35,101 nt of DNA from Octopus bimaculoides (taxonomy: Eukaryota): positions 175,139,440 through 175,174,540 of the forward strand of contig NC_068981.1 in assembly GCF_001194135.2 (NCBI RefSeq), in the 5' to 3' direction. Shown here piece after piece: positions 23,401 through 35,101 of the stretch (position 1 is the stretch's first letter; every line of letters starts with the position of its first letter). Under the pieces are notes generated by a model. It did no database searches, was not told where the DNA came from, and worked only from the letters and a program-made list of their open reading frames with translations. The position numbers were made by a program, and so were the translations under genes.

Positions 23401-24529
23401 CGGCTGTTTGCATTCTGTCGGTCAAAGGTAGGCTACAAAGAAAAAACTCCTGTCCATTCTACCAGTTGACAGATTAAATTTAGAAAGCATTATTTTCGGC
23501 CTGTCACTTATTCGTGCCAACCTTGATTTTCGGTACAAAAAATATAGTCCCATGATATTATAACGTACGGTCGTAGTGGGGATCCTACAAGAGTTTCTAA
23601 GATTACTTATCACCTGATCATCCTCTATTACATTTGGAAGATAAAATTCAGACAACCTTAACAGCCTTAACTGAATCAAAACTGAACATTATAAGCTATC
23701 CTACACACAACACCAGATGGACTACGATAACACGTTAGCTTAATCAGTACTCGGTACTGTAATGCGAACAACTCCTGCCACTCATATCCTACCCAATTAC
23801 CATTCAATAATAATATAACATAATTCTCAACTCTCAAAGTACAAACTGTACACCTTACACTAACTGACATAAGAATAAGATAACACACGTATCAGATATC
23901 AAACACAATTCGCATTGTTTATGCTATAAATTGTATAAACAAGAGTATTCGTTTATGACTGACAAGTATATTCAATTAATTGTAATTAATGACACACGCC
24001 GTACAGGGTCAGATGCCGAAGTATATTTTCAGATATCATAACATCAAACTGAACACTGGCGATGTGACAGTAATTTAATCGAAATAAATGCCAAGAAAAT
24101 ATCAGTTATGAAAATTAGTTGAGTCGTTCATATACATAAAAATATACCTACCTACCTATCTACCCATTCGCACACACGTTTATACATATATAGTTCACGA
24201 AGTGCAATCATAACGACCTTCGAAACTTTAGTCCATTTGACTTCTCTTTTTTTCTGTCGACAGTGGAATTGTATTTAAAAAGACAGTCATTTACGGCTGA
24301 ACGGTTTATTTGATTAATTGAGATTAATTACGCTTGCAGTGCAGACGCACATCTAGAGCTTTTTCTGTTGTGTGTCATTGAATCATAATTTGCTTAGAGC
24401 ATAAATAACAAAAGTGAAGTGATATAACCTCAAACAGGAATCAAGGTTGCTTTTTCTCTTTCGCGATACGGAAACCTATGATTTTTTTATGTCACACCGC
24501 TAATAATAAAGTGAATTCAAATTCTAGCA

Positions 24530-24710
24530 GCTTTTGAGGGGAGGAGCAAGTCAGTGACATCAACCACAGTACTTAATATCGACACTGAATGGATGAAAGG
24601 CAAAGTCAACTTTTAGCTGAATGTGAAATTAGAACGTAAATATGAACGGAATGCCGCTAAGCACTTTGGCCAACGTGTTAAAGATTATGTCATCTCACCG
24701 CCTTTTTCCT
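24530..24710 (-). mobile_element. tRNA-derived SINE, diverged
   Basis: ggatgaaaggcaaagtcaac..agaacgtaaa..gccgctaagcac..caccgcct. Confidence 0.8.
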
Positions 24711-24720
24711 AATAGTAATA

Positions 24721-24908
24721 TCCTTTCTACTAAAGGTACAAAGCCAGAAATTTTGTGGGAAGGGAACTAGTCGATTACATCGACTCCAGTGTTTCACTGG
24801 TACTTTATTTATCGACCTCGAAAGGATGAAAGGCAAAGTCGACCTCAGCGGAATTTGAACTCAGAACATTGAGACGGACGTGCTAATGATTCTGCCAACT
24901 CGCCGCCT
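24721..24908 (-). mobile_element. tRNA-derived SINE with an internal deletion in the head
   Basis: gaaaggatgaaaggcaaagtcgacctcagcggaatttgaactcagaac..ctcgccgcct. B-box GAGTTCAAATTCC on the minus strand. Confidence 0.9.
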
Positions 24909-24938
24909 GATACCATTAGTATATTACTATTAGAAGAA

Positions 24939-25150
24939 AGGCGGCGAGCTGACATAATTATTAGCACGCCGGGCAAAGTGCATGGAGGCATTTCGTCCCT
25001 CTTTACGTTCCGAGTTCAAATTCCGCCGAGGTCAACTTTACCTTTCATCCTATCGGGGTCGATGAAATAAGTATCAGGTAAGCACTGGGCTCGATGTAGT
25101 CGACTGACTCCTCCCTCAAAATGCTGGCCTTGTGTCAAAATTTGAAACTA
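24939..25150 (+). mobile_element. tRNA-derived SINE, full head
   Basis: aggcggcgagctgac..ttagcacgccgggc..ccgagttcaaattccgccgaggtcaactttacctttcatcc (A-box-like and B-box motifs). Confidence 0.9.
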
Positions 25151-25540
25151 ATATACTAATTATAATAGAGTACTAAGAATATACTAATTATATCGGAGTA
25201 CTAAGAATGGCGAAGATCTACACGAACAAAGCCATAAAATAAAGACATTCGATGTACATTTAAGATTTGGTTTGAGGTAGCTTATGTTCTCTTCTGGTAG
25301 TGTTTTTAGGCAAACTTTATTTGGTTAGTGGAAGAACATAATATAAAATCTGAGTGAAATACGGAGCCATGACAGAATCGAATGAATTCATAAATATCTT
25401 CCTCTCCAGAAATATCAACGAAAGCTATGGATGTGACCCTTACATTTGAGAACAATTTATGAAAATACTATGTAGCTCTCTTCAGTGTTTCGTTTATACG
25501 GAATTGTTAGTTCAAATATATTATGTTAACCTGATTGTGT

Positions 25541-25609
25541 TAATGTCATTAAAAAGTTGATGCTAGTGTCATTAAAAAGTTGACACTAATGTCATTTATA
25601 AGTTGACGT
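25541..25609. repeat. 23-bp minisatellite, 3 copies, at the start of a decayed tandem-repeat region (~to 26030)
   Basis: taatgtcattaaaaagttgatgc / tagtgtcattaaaaagttgacac / taatgtcatttataagttgacgt. Confidence 0.85.
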
Positions 25610-26052
25610 TATGAAGCACATTAAAAGTGTTAACAGTATAAAATATTTTACTGACTCTTTCTAACAAAACACTAAAATATTTTGATGTTGTTAAACCCGT
25701 TTATTATTTTAACAAAAGGTATTTATGACGTTGACAAACTGTGCCTTATGACACTCGTGCAGAATCATAAAATGTCTTACTGGACCAAATGTTATAAAAT
25801 ATCTTACTGAGTCAATATTGTAAAACGGCTGCATCGATAAAAGGCTTTCCGGTCAAATACTGCAAGACAATTCCATGAATTACTAAATAACTTCTAGTAA
25901 ATTGTCTTACAGAATTAGTGTCGTAAAATATTTTGCTATAGTTATTGTCATAAAATTACTTACTATGGTTGAGAAATGTTTGATTATATATGTTATAAAA
26001 TACTTGAGTGTAATAAAACATCTTAAACGCTTAATGCATTAATATAATGAAA

Positions 26053-26093
<41 letters not shown>

Positions 26094-27394
26094 CTCCCTT
26101 TGTCTCCAGACTTCTATATTAAAGTAGTGTTTTGGGTTATTTTGCTCTATCACGTTAAATGTAAATATATATTCAGTTATTGTTGTCTGTAATATAGTGT
26201 CTGTTAAATACATCGACGACACAATGACTTAGTAATGTTTAAATAAAAGCATCACCGGAATTAATACTATTCTGCTTAACACCGAGGAAACCACATATTA
26301 TTTATTGTTTCATTATACATTTTTAATGTAATTAACATTTTATATAAGTTTCTACCTCTAACATAAAAAATGTGGAAACACCATAAAAATATTTCATCCC
26401 TCATGGGTGTTGTCTGACTGTCTCATAACGAATATAAAAAACGATTAGTTTTTCTTAAAAGTGTTTCATCATTTTGTGAATATCACGTGAATCATCTTAT
26501 TGGTTTTGAGAATGACTTTACAATGAGCATGAAGTGACAAGAAGAGTCTAAAAAAAAAATTATGCTGTAGTTGAAGAAGGTAAAACCATGCAAAAAACTA
26601 TAATGTAAAGGGAAAAAAAGGGTGAATTAGCTATCACAGAGTGCTCTTAAAAAAAAAAAAGAGTAAATACCTTTCTAAATTGCGGCGCAGACAAATTCGT
26701 CGCGAAATTATATAGATCAATGTTTCTCGTAACAAGCTCTTAATAATTTGCAAAATGTTATGTTGTTTGTCGGGGGAGAGAAAAAAAAAGTGGAAAGAAA
26801 AAGTGGAACAAGCAAGAAATAAACGAAAAGCTGATGTAAAGAATATAAGGGGCAGAAAAAAATAAGAGAGAATGGGGNNNNNNNNNNNNNNNNNNNNNNN
26901 NNNNNNNNNNNNNNNNNNNNNNNNNNNNNNNNNNNNNNNNNNNNNNNNNNNNNNNNNNNNNNNNNNNNNNNNNNNNNNNNNNNNNNNNNNNNNNNNNNNN
27001 NNNNNNNNNNNNNNNNNNNNNNNNNNNNNNNNNNNNNNNNNNNNNNNNNNNNNNNNNNNNNNNNNNNNNNNNNNNNNNNNNNNNNNNNNNNNNNNNNNNN
27101 NNNNNNNNNNNNNNNNNNNNNNNNNNNNNNNNNNNNNNNNNNNNNNNNNNNNNNNNNNNNNNNNNNNNNNNNNNNNNNNNNNNNNNNNNNNNNNNNNNNN
27201 NNNNNNNNNNNNNNNNNNNNNNNNNNNNNNNNNNNNNNNNNNNNNNNNNNNNNNNNNNNNNNNNNNNNNNNNNNNNNNNNNNNNNNNNNNNNNNNNNNNN
27301 NNNNNNNNNNNNNNNNNNNNNNNNNNNNNNNNNNNNNNNNNNNNNNNNNNNNNNNNNNNNNNNNNNNNNNNNNNNNNNNNNNNATATATATATA

Positions 27395-27600
27395 TATAAT
27401 AATAATACAAATATGTGAGTATATGCATATATACGTACATGTATGTACATACCTACATCTACATGTATATATAGATGCATATCTGGGTACAAGACGTCAC
27501 AAAAAAAACGTGGACAAAATGAAAAACAGAACATAAACAGAGCACAGAAAACAAATAGGCCACATGGAGAATATTTCCTTCATCAGCTGCCCCTATTCTA
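27395..27600 (-). mobile_element. Penelope-pLTR-like repeat (same family as 13010-13200)
   Basis: Minus strand reads taggggcagCTGATGAaggaaatattctcc..gtgacgtcttgtacccagatatgcat. Confidence 0.45.
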
Positions 27601-27605
27601 AACTA

Positions 27606-27832
27606 AGCGTGTGAGTGTTTGTGCATGTGTTTTTCCCTAATACCGTTTGACAGCCGGTGCTGGTGTATTTACGTCTCCATAACTTAGCGCTTCGGCAAAA
27701 GAAACCGATAGAATAAGTACCAGTCTTTATAAAAAAATAATAAGTACTGGGGCCGATAAGTTTGACTAAGACTCTTCAAGCGGTGCTCCAGTATGGCTGC
27801 AGTCTAATGACTAAAACAAGTAAAATGTAAAA
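27606..27832 (+). mobile_element. SINE 3' half (same family as 12960-13716)
   Basis: gctggtgtatttacgtctccataacttagcgcttcggcaaaagaaaccgatagaataagtac..gcggtgctccagtatggctgcagtctaatgactaaaacaagtaaaa. Confidence 0.85.
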
Positions 27833-28059
27833 GTTACTTCTTTGCTCCATAGTAAGTTATCATTTCAGAGATCTTTACTTCCTATTTCTTGCTGGTCATA
27901 CGACTGCATAGAGTCCACTTCATTAGCAAGTAAACGATGTCACAATTTTTAGTGTTTTAATAAAATTGTAATATTGCAGACGTCTTTTCATCCTTGGAGA
28001 TATAAAATAGGTTGGTATGCTTTCATCTGCATTACATTTCTTTCAGTTTAGTCATACAT

Positions 28060-28470
28060 CCTTTTCTGTTTTAGGTACAAGGCCCGAAGTTTTGGGTGGG
28101 GGCCAGTCAATTAGACCGACCCAAGTACGCAAGTGGTACTTAATTTATCAACCCCGAAAGGATAAATGGCAAAGTCGACCTCAGCGGAATTTGAACTCAG
28201 AACATAATGAAAGACAAATATCGCTAAGCATTTCGCCCGGCGTCCTAACGTTTCTTATTTTTTTATTGCCCACAAGGGGCTAAACAGAGAGGGGACAAAC
28301 AAGGGCAGACAAAGGGATTAAGTCGATTACATCGACCCCAGTGCGTAAATGGTACTTAATTTATCGACCCCGAAATGATAAAAGGCAAAGTCGACCTCGG
28401 TAGAATTTGATCTCAGAACGTAGCAGCAGATGAAATACCGCTAAGCATTTCGCCCGGTTCGCTAAACATA
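28060..28470 (-). mobile_element. Tandem (dimeric) tRNA-derived SINE: two monomers joined at ~28250
   Basis: Two successive copies of ggcaaagtcgacctc..tcagaac..gctaagcatttcgcccgg, each with a different tail. Confidence 0.9.
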
Positions 28471-28535
28471 CATCGCCATGATATACGGTCTTTGTGGAAG
28501 TGTACCAGCACTAGGCCTGATTCGAACTTGGAACA

Positions 28536-28750
28536 TCTGTATATATAAAAAGCAGGATGTGTGTGTGTGTGTGTGTGCGTGAATGTAATTTATGCACGTC
28601 CACAAATTAGCATGCATGTCGCTCCAATTTTAGGAGGACATTCGTCATGACCCTAACTGTATTTTCAACTTATTTTTCCCAGAGGCACCAGCGAATAGCA
28701 GTAAAAATAAATTTTAGACCAAAACATTTAACAATTTTGAAGTCGGAGAA
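28536..28750 (+). mobile_element. Possible Helitron-like 5' end
   Basis: A|TCTGTATATATAAAAAG followed by (TG)n resembles non-autonomous Helitron 5' termini. No matching 3' end found. Confidence 0.3.
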
Positions 28751-28860
28751 ATCACAATTGTTTACAAACAGGAGTTAAGTCCCATTCTAGCGACGAGTAA
28801 GTTTTTGCTAAGAACTTTGTTGTTTTTTTCCATCGAGGAAAACAGAGTTTTGTTGATATA

Positions 28861-28944
28861 TGGGCAACACAAACACACATACGAACATGTATGCAGTTGG
28901 TGTACGTACGTACGTGTATGCATGTGTGTATGTGTGTGTGTTGC

Positions 28945-28947
<3 letters not shown>
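28861..28947. mobile_element. 87-bp fold-back element / candidate MITE flanked by TA
   Basis: TA|TGGGCAACAC...GTGTTGCCCA|TA, with imperfect complementarity extending ~35 bp per arm. Confidence 0.55.
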
Positions 28948-28981
<34 letters not shown>

Positions 28982-30059
28982 NNNNNNNNNNNNNNNNNNN
29001 NNNNNNNNNNNNNNNNNNNNNNNNNNNNNNNNNNNNNNNNNNNNNNNNNNNNNNNNNNNNNNNNNNNNNNNNNNNNNNNNNNNNNNNNNNNNNNNNNNNN
29101 NNNNNNNNNNNNNNNNNNNNNNNNNNNNNNNNNNNNNNNNNNNNNNNNNNNNNNNNNNNNNNNNNNNNNNNNNNNNNNNNNNNNNNNNNNNNNNNNNNNN
29201 NNNNNNNNNNNNNNNNNNNNNNNNNNNNNNNNNNNNNNNNNNNNNNNNNNNNNNNNNNNNNNNNNNNNNNNNNNNNNNNNNNNNNNNNNNNNNNNNNNNN
29301 NNNNNNNNNNNNNNNNNNNNNNNNNNNNNNNNNNNNNNNNNNNNNNNNNNNNNNNNNNNNNNNNNNNNNNNNNNNNNNNNNNNNNNNNNNNNNNNNNNNN
29401 NNNNNNNNNNNNNNNNNNNNNNNNNNNNNNNNNNNNNNNNNNNNNNNNNNNNNNNNNNNNNNNNNNNNNNNNNNNNNNNNNNNNNNNNNNNNNNNNNNNN
29501 NNNNNNNNNNNNNNNNNNNNNNNNNNNNNNNNNNNNNNNNNNNNNNNNNNNNNNNNNNNNNNNNNNNNNNNNNNNNNNNNNNNNNNNNNNNNNNNNNNNN
29601 NNNNNNNNNNNNNNNNNNNNNNNNNNNNNNNNNNNNNNNNNNNNNNNNNNNNNNNNNNNNNNNNNNNNNNNNNNNNNNNNNNNNNNNNNNGGGGAGTTCC
29701 ATTTTTCACTACAACATCCCTTTTCCTTTTTTTTTTTCTTTTTGGGAAGCAAGTAATTTTATTTACTTTATTCACCCCGCCTCCCTTTTTGAGTTTTTTT
29801 TCTTTTTTTTTCACATAAACTATGGGAGCCGCCCAGTTGATTAGCCTTTACCACTTGAGCGTGCGTTTCTTATCATGAGCTTGAGTAGTGGGGGGTATCA
29901 TAGCCATGTGTGGAGAGGAATTCTTTGGTGTTTGAATAAATATAAGAAAAGCAAAGTTTGAAGGAAATTTTAACCAGTTTTCATAGTTTCTAGGGATATG
30001 CAAATAGGAAATAAAAGTTGCTACCCAAGGACAAAGATCGTGTTACACTCTGTTATTAG

Positions 30060-30375
30060 CGATCTAGTAGAAAGCAATAAATTGCAGAACCATGAAAGAC
30101 AGTTCTGCAATTTATTACTGAACAACCGGTACAGATGACTTGTTTATGGTGAACTAATGTTCCTGCTGCACATTGGCTCAGCCCCTCCATCAAAGCAACA
30201 TTAGGTATAGAGGAGTATGCTGAGCCACGCGTTCGATGCCCAAGCCATCGCAGAGCAGCATGAAAGGAAGTGTTTTGCTCAAGAAGACAGCGCATCACTC
30301 GGTCCGTGAATGAAACCCATAATCTCGCGCTCATGAATACAACATCCGTAGAGTTATGCGCACTCTATGAGAAAT
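30060..30375 (-). mobile_element. tRNA-derived SINE with V/Meta-like central motif, diverged
   Basis: Minus strand reads ..gggtttcattcacggaccg..tgcgctgtcttcttgagcaaaacacttc..; the 3' part is homologous to 3786-3930. Confidence 0.7.
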
Positions 30376-31137
30376 ATATAAGATATACGAGACACAATCT
30401 TACTCCAGCAATCACAAGCACAATGCATACAGGAACACACAGTATACATATTTACGTATTCCATAACTCAATAAAACGCGGAAACCATATGCGCTTGGAC
30501 ACGCCCCCCCCCACATGCCTGAATATATATCTTAATAACAAAACACTCATAGATCGAGTTTAGACGGTAGTATGTATTTCTAACTTGGAGCTAATCGTTC
30601 CCACAGGCTTTGAGCCAATCTAGTCTGTCGCCTGCCATCCTACATATATTCTTCATAAACCAGGAGCGCTTCCTGACAGACTTATTAAGGTGTCATACAG
30701 ACCTAACTAATGGCTGCCATCGCAAATTAAATTTAAGGCCGCCATAACAGGAAAAAGAAAGTAAAAACATGAAGAACTGACAACATCAACAACGACAACA
30801 ACGGTGATAAGAATAACAATTGTCAGAGTAGCAATAATAGCGGCAGCAACATCAACAGCAACAGCGGCAGCAGCGGCAGTAAAGGCAGCAGATGCAGCAT
30901 CAACATCAGTTACAGCAGTATCAAGGGTAATAAGAGAAAATTGTAGAATCCCATTAAAATACCTAAAATACATTGCACTGTAAAGAAGTAGTGTTCAGTA
31001 ATATGATCACTTTGCCTTCTCTCTCGTTCTCACCCTCTCCCTTTCTTTACTTACATATAGACGTTCATACCTACTTAAAGATATACACACACTGACACAC
31101 GAACACTAATATCTGTGTATAAATATATGTATGTATG

Positions 31138-31182
<45 letters not shown>

Positions 31183-31429
31183 NNNNNNNNNNNNNNNNNN
31201 NNNNNNNNNNNNNNNNNNNNNNNNNNNNNNNNNNNNNNNNNNNNNNNNNNNNNNNNNNNNNNNNNNNNNNNNNNNNNNNNNNNNNNNNNNNNNNNNNNNN
31301 NNNNNNNNNNNNNNNNNNNNNNNNNNNNNNNNNNNNNNNATTTATATGTAAATGTATGTATGTATGAATCTATCTATCTCTTTCTCTCTCTGTCTGTCTG
31401 TTTGTATGTATGTATGTAAAGATTGATAG

Positions 31430-31436
31430 ATTGATG

Positions 31437-31493
<57 letters not shown>

Positions 31494-31495
31494 AT
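31430..31495. repeat. (GATA)n microsatellite
   Basis: Directly visible. Confidence 0.95.
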
Positions 31496-31748
31496 ACGTA
31501 TGTAATGCATACATATACAGAAATATACAGGTATGAGAGTATGTAATATAGAGAAATCGATGTCTTTTGTATATTTACGTAAGCATTCAGACGAGTTTAG
31601 AAGAATCACTTCTAATGATATCCTCTTTGAATAACATTAGTCGTCTTAGACTCACAAGTAGAAGTATATAAACACATACAAGTAGGGAAGGGATCGTAAT
31701 ATCAACATACGATCGATCCTAAGTTGCACACTATCCGATAAGCCATTT

Positions 31749-32204
31749 ACGCACGCATAAATTCATCCGTACATGTCTCCACACTTAGAGACGGCAGACT
31801 GGTGCATCCCACAAGTAGACAAACAAGGGAGCTAAAAGCGGAAGAGATAAAAGTGAAATGAGAAAAGGTGGGAAGCAGAAATAGGAGAAAATGGATGTAA
31901 AACTGAGGAGGGGTGTATACTTACATACTAATTATCTTTGAGATTTGGCAGCAGAAATGTCTAATTTTCTTCAGTCTGATTTTTTCCGACCATCCGAATT
32001 TTCTGTATATCATGATTTTCTTTCCCACTCTTGTACAACTTTCTCTCCCATTCTCTATAGCTCTACTCTTTCTTTCTCACTCTCTCTCTATGTGTGTGTA
32101 TGTATGTATGTATGTATGTATGTATGTATGTATGTACGCACGTATAAATTCATCCGTACATGCCCCCACACTTAGAGACGGCAGACTGGTGCATCCCACA
32201 AGTA
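31749..32204 (+). repeat. 69-bp direct repeat pair (31749-31817 and 32136-32204; 66/69 identical)
   Basis: acgcacg(c/t)ataaattcatccgtacatg(t/c)c(t/c)ccacacttagagacggcagactggtgcatcccacaagta. Confidence 0.9.
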
Positions 32205-32216
32205 CAAGTACATTGT

Positions 32217-32595
32217 GGAGGCGCAATAGCCCGGTGGTTAGGCAGCGGACTCGCTGTCATAGGATTGCGGTTTCGATTCCCAGACCGGACGTTGTGAGTG
32301 TTTATTGAGCGAAAACACCTAAAGCTCCACGAGACTCCGGCAGTGGATGGTGGTGAACCCTGCTGTACTCTTTCACCACAACTTTCTCTCACTCTTACTT
32401 GCTGTTTCTGTTGTGCCTGTAATTCAAAAGGTCAGCCTTGTCACACTGTGTCACGCTGAATATCCTCGAGAACTATGTTAAGGTTACACGTGTCTGTGGA
32501 GTGCTCAGCTACTTGCACTTTAATTTCACGAGCAGGCTGTTCCGTTGATCGGATCAACTGGAACCCTCGACGTCGTAAGCGACGGAGTGCCAACA
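32217..32595 (+). mobile_element. Near full-length tRNA-derived SINE
   Basis: Head ggaggcgcaatagcccggtggttaggcagcggactcgc..ggtttcgattccc has Pol III A and B boxes. Central gttgtgagtgtttattgagcgaaaacacc motif. Structured 3' tail ends ..gacggagtgccaaca. Confidence 0.85.
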
Positions 32596-33209
32596 TGTAT
32601 AGAAAGATGGCGTGAAGGATGGTCGTATCTATACGTGATATAATTCGGATTGCATTTTTAGGAATTATTTTGATCAGATACTTTTTCAGTGGCAAAATTG
32701 TACAGAAATGCTCCTCTTATTTTATTCTTTGTCATCTCAACGAACATTTACCCTTGATTTAATTTTTTATTCGTCCAATAAATGATGAAAATCGATTGCG
32801 TGCGCTATGAGATATTGAGCTCTATTCTTTCTCCATTCTTTCTCCATTCTTTCTCCAACAATGCAAATTCAGTTGTATTTTAATGCTTATCCTATTGTTG
32901 CAATGGTTACGATTATAATTCTTAATTTAGTTATCATACTTGTAAACTCCACATCAGTAGGATATAGATGACTTCTTTATCCTGCATTTATTTATATCAG
33001 ACTTTTACCTTCTCATACTTATACGAAATAAGACGTTCAAAATGAAAGCAATATTATTAATAATTTCAGACGTTCAATATTAGATGAATCGAGTGCAGAG
33101 CATCTGATTCAGTACGAGCTGAGCTGCCAAGTGGTGAATAATAATCAATAAAGGAAAAGTTTACGATGATGATGACGATGATAATGATAATGATGATAAT
33201 GAGGAGGAT

Positions 33210-33560
33210 GATGATTTCTAATTTTGGTACAGGGCCAGCAATTTCGAGGAGAAGGGGAGAGTCGATTATATTGGCCCCAAGACTGAACTGGTGCCTATTT
33301 TATCGAGCCCGAAATTATAAAAAGCAAGCTCGACCTCGCCGGAATTGGAACTCAGAACGTAAAGACGGATGAAATGCTACTAATAATAATTATTTCTACT
33401 CTAAGCACAATGCCTTAAAAAATTTGGTGGAAGGGCGCTAATCGATTACATCACACCCAGTGCGTAACTGGTACTTAGTTCATCGATCCCCGAAAGGATG
33501 AAAGGTAAGTCGAACTCAGAAAATAGCGTCAGACGAAATACCGCTAAGCATATAGTCCAG
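33210..33560 (-). mobile_element. Two tandem tRNA-derived SINE monomers, diverged
   Basis: ctcgacctcgccggaattggaactcagaacgtaaagacgg and cccgaaaggatgaaagg..actcagaa..aaataccgctaagcat. Confidence 0.85.
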
Positions 33561-33729
33561 CATGTGAGTGTGTTAAATTAATATGACACTAAAAGAGAAT
33601 GATTCTCTCCAGACACAATAAAATATGTTCCAACACACGGATTCGCATAAATAATCTTGCGAACCACTTTAAGAAAAAGCGAAATAAACTTAAACTATAG
33701 TATTTCTAGTTTTCGTATTTGCTAACTTT

Positions 33730-34109
33730 TCTGCTCTTCCTTTTCTGATGTTTTCTTTCTTTCTACTCTTTCTTTCTCTCAATACTTTTTCACCACTTTC
33801 CCTCCCCCCCTCTCGCTCTCTCTCTCACGTATTCATTCTCTTCACTTTTTTTCACTGTTTGCATTCATTCTTTTTATTCTCACTCTCTCTATTTCTCTCT
33901 CCAACACTCTTTATATATATACGCGCGCGCACACACGCACAATCTTCTCTTTCTTTCTCGTACTCTAATTTCTCGTACTCTAATTCCATCACATATTATC
34001 TTCACTTTTTCTACCACTCAAATTCTGTCTGTCCTTGTCTCTATATTATTCTGTCATTCTCTCGATTTCACGGTCTCTCTCTTTATTCCTATTTCGCAGT
34101 CTTTCTGTT

Positions 34110-34183
<74 letters not shown>

Positions 34184-34830
34184 TTTCTTCCTTTCTTTCT
34201 TTCTTTCTTTCTTTCTTCCTTCCTTTCTTTCTCTCTCTCTCACTCTGTCTTTCACAGTCTGTCAGTCTGTCCGTCTATCTGTCGTCTGCCTGTCTCTCTC
34301 TCTCCCACTCTGTATCTATATCTACATATATATATATGTCTCTACATTTACTTCAGTCACTCATTTGTCAGCCAGCCCCTTCGTCTCATAACATCCATTA
34401 CCATATATATATCCCCCTTTCCTCCCCTCCCCGTTTTCCGTGCCCCATTTTTCCACCTTTCTCCATTTCTTTCACCCATCCACATATTAACTCTCCAAGC
34501 ATCTCCCTACTTTTTAACAACATTTTCTTTTGTCTATTTTCGACTTCTGTTATTTTTCTCTCTTGCCCTTCTCCCCCATTCATTCTCTAATTCGCTGTTT
34601 CTTGCAAACTATCACTACTCTTTAGTATATCCTCTATGTGAACCTAAATGTTCCTCCACCTGCCCCCGCTTTTCTGTCAACCATCTACTTCATATACATT
34701 ACCCGATTCTTTCCCTTCCCTTCACACATCTCCTCTCCTTCCGTCTAATGATTCTTCTTTTCCTACCTCCTTTCCTTTGTCTCTCAATCTATTTTTCTTC
34801 CGTCTAATAGTATCCCTCCTAAGGAGATAA
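33730..34830. repeat. Polypyrimidine low-complexity tract including (TCTT)n ~34105-34230
   Basis: Directly visible; explains the F/L/S-rich pseudo-ORFs. Confidence 0.9.
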
Positions 34831-35101
34831 TAGTGTTAAGTAATGTTGCCTGGATACCACATGAACCAGATGATCCTGTATAATTACAAATTAGGACGTC
34901 TTTGGAAACGACAGCTTTCCATTCCGCCTGACACATGTTATTCTCACTGAGATATTTATACAAGTGTAATGTGCTATTTTCTGTAACATTGTTTATATCC
35001 GCCCATGTGAAAATGTTGTAGACCCAGTGAGAGGTTATGTATGTGTATACGTGAAATTATGAGCGCAAATATAAGTATATATATATATATATATATATAT
35101 A

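Noticed and set aside
25270-25295. TGAGGTAG let-7-like 5' end
   Set aside because: Only 8 nt match and no precursor hairpin is evident.
25541-25609. CRISPR-like short repeats
   Set aside because: They are contiguous tandem units with no spacers, in eukaryotic DNA: a minisatellite.
32217-32290. tRNA-like sequence
   Set aside because: It lacks a proper acceptor stem and continues into a SINE body, so it is a SINE head and not a tRNA gene.
33748-34590. 280-aa F/L/S-rich ORF
   Set aside because: It is the translation of a polypyrimidine and (TCTT)n tract.

Overview
AT-rich eukaryotic DNA from a gapped draft scaffold, dense in microsatellites and repeats. It is most likely an octopus (coleoid cephalopod) genome; this is inferred from recognising its abundant tRNA-derived SINE families and was not checked against a database. 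No intact protein-coding gene is supported, and almost all listed ORFs are artefacts of microsatellites or N gaps. The window reads as intronic or intergenic DNA full of decayed mobile elements. These include LINE reverse-transcriptase fragments (RTE-like, R4/Dong-like, CR1-like), two distantly related L1/Tx1-type ORF1 (gag-like, CCHC knuckle) relics, about 13 SINE copies from at least four families, a 165-bp solo LTR, Helitron ends and a tiny MITE. The most notable signals are (1) a type I hammerhead-ribozyme motif at ~10.4 kb in a ~223-nt unit resembling a retrozyme or Penelope-like repeat, plus three more hammerhead-like remnants; (2) an ORF1-only, HAL1-like element; (3) a head-to-head inverted SINE pair and a perfect 42-bp palindrome, both possible dsRNA/ADAR substrates; and (4) a few weakly supported host exon or promoter candidates on the + strand.
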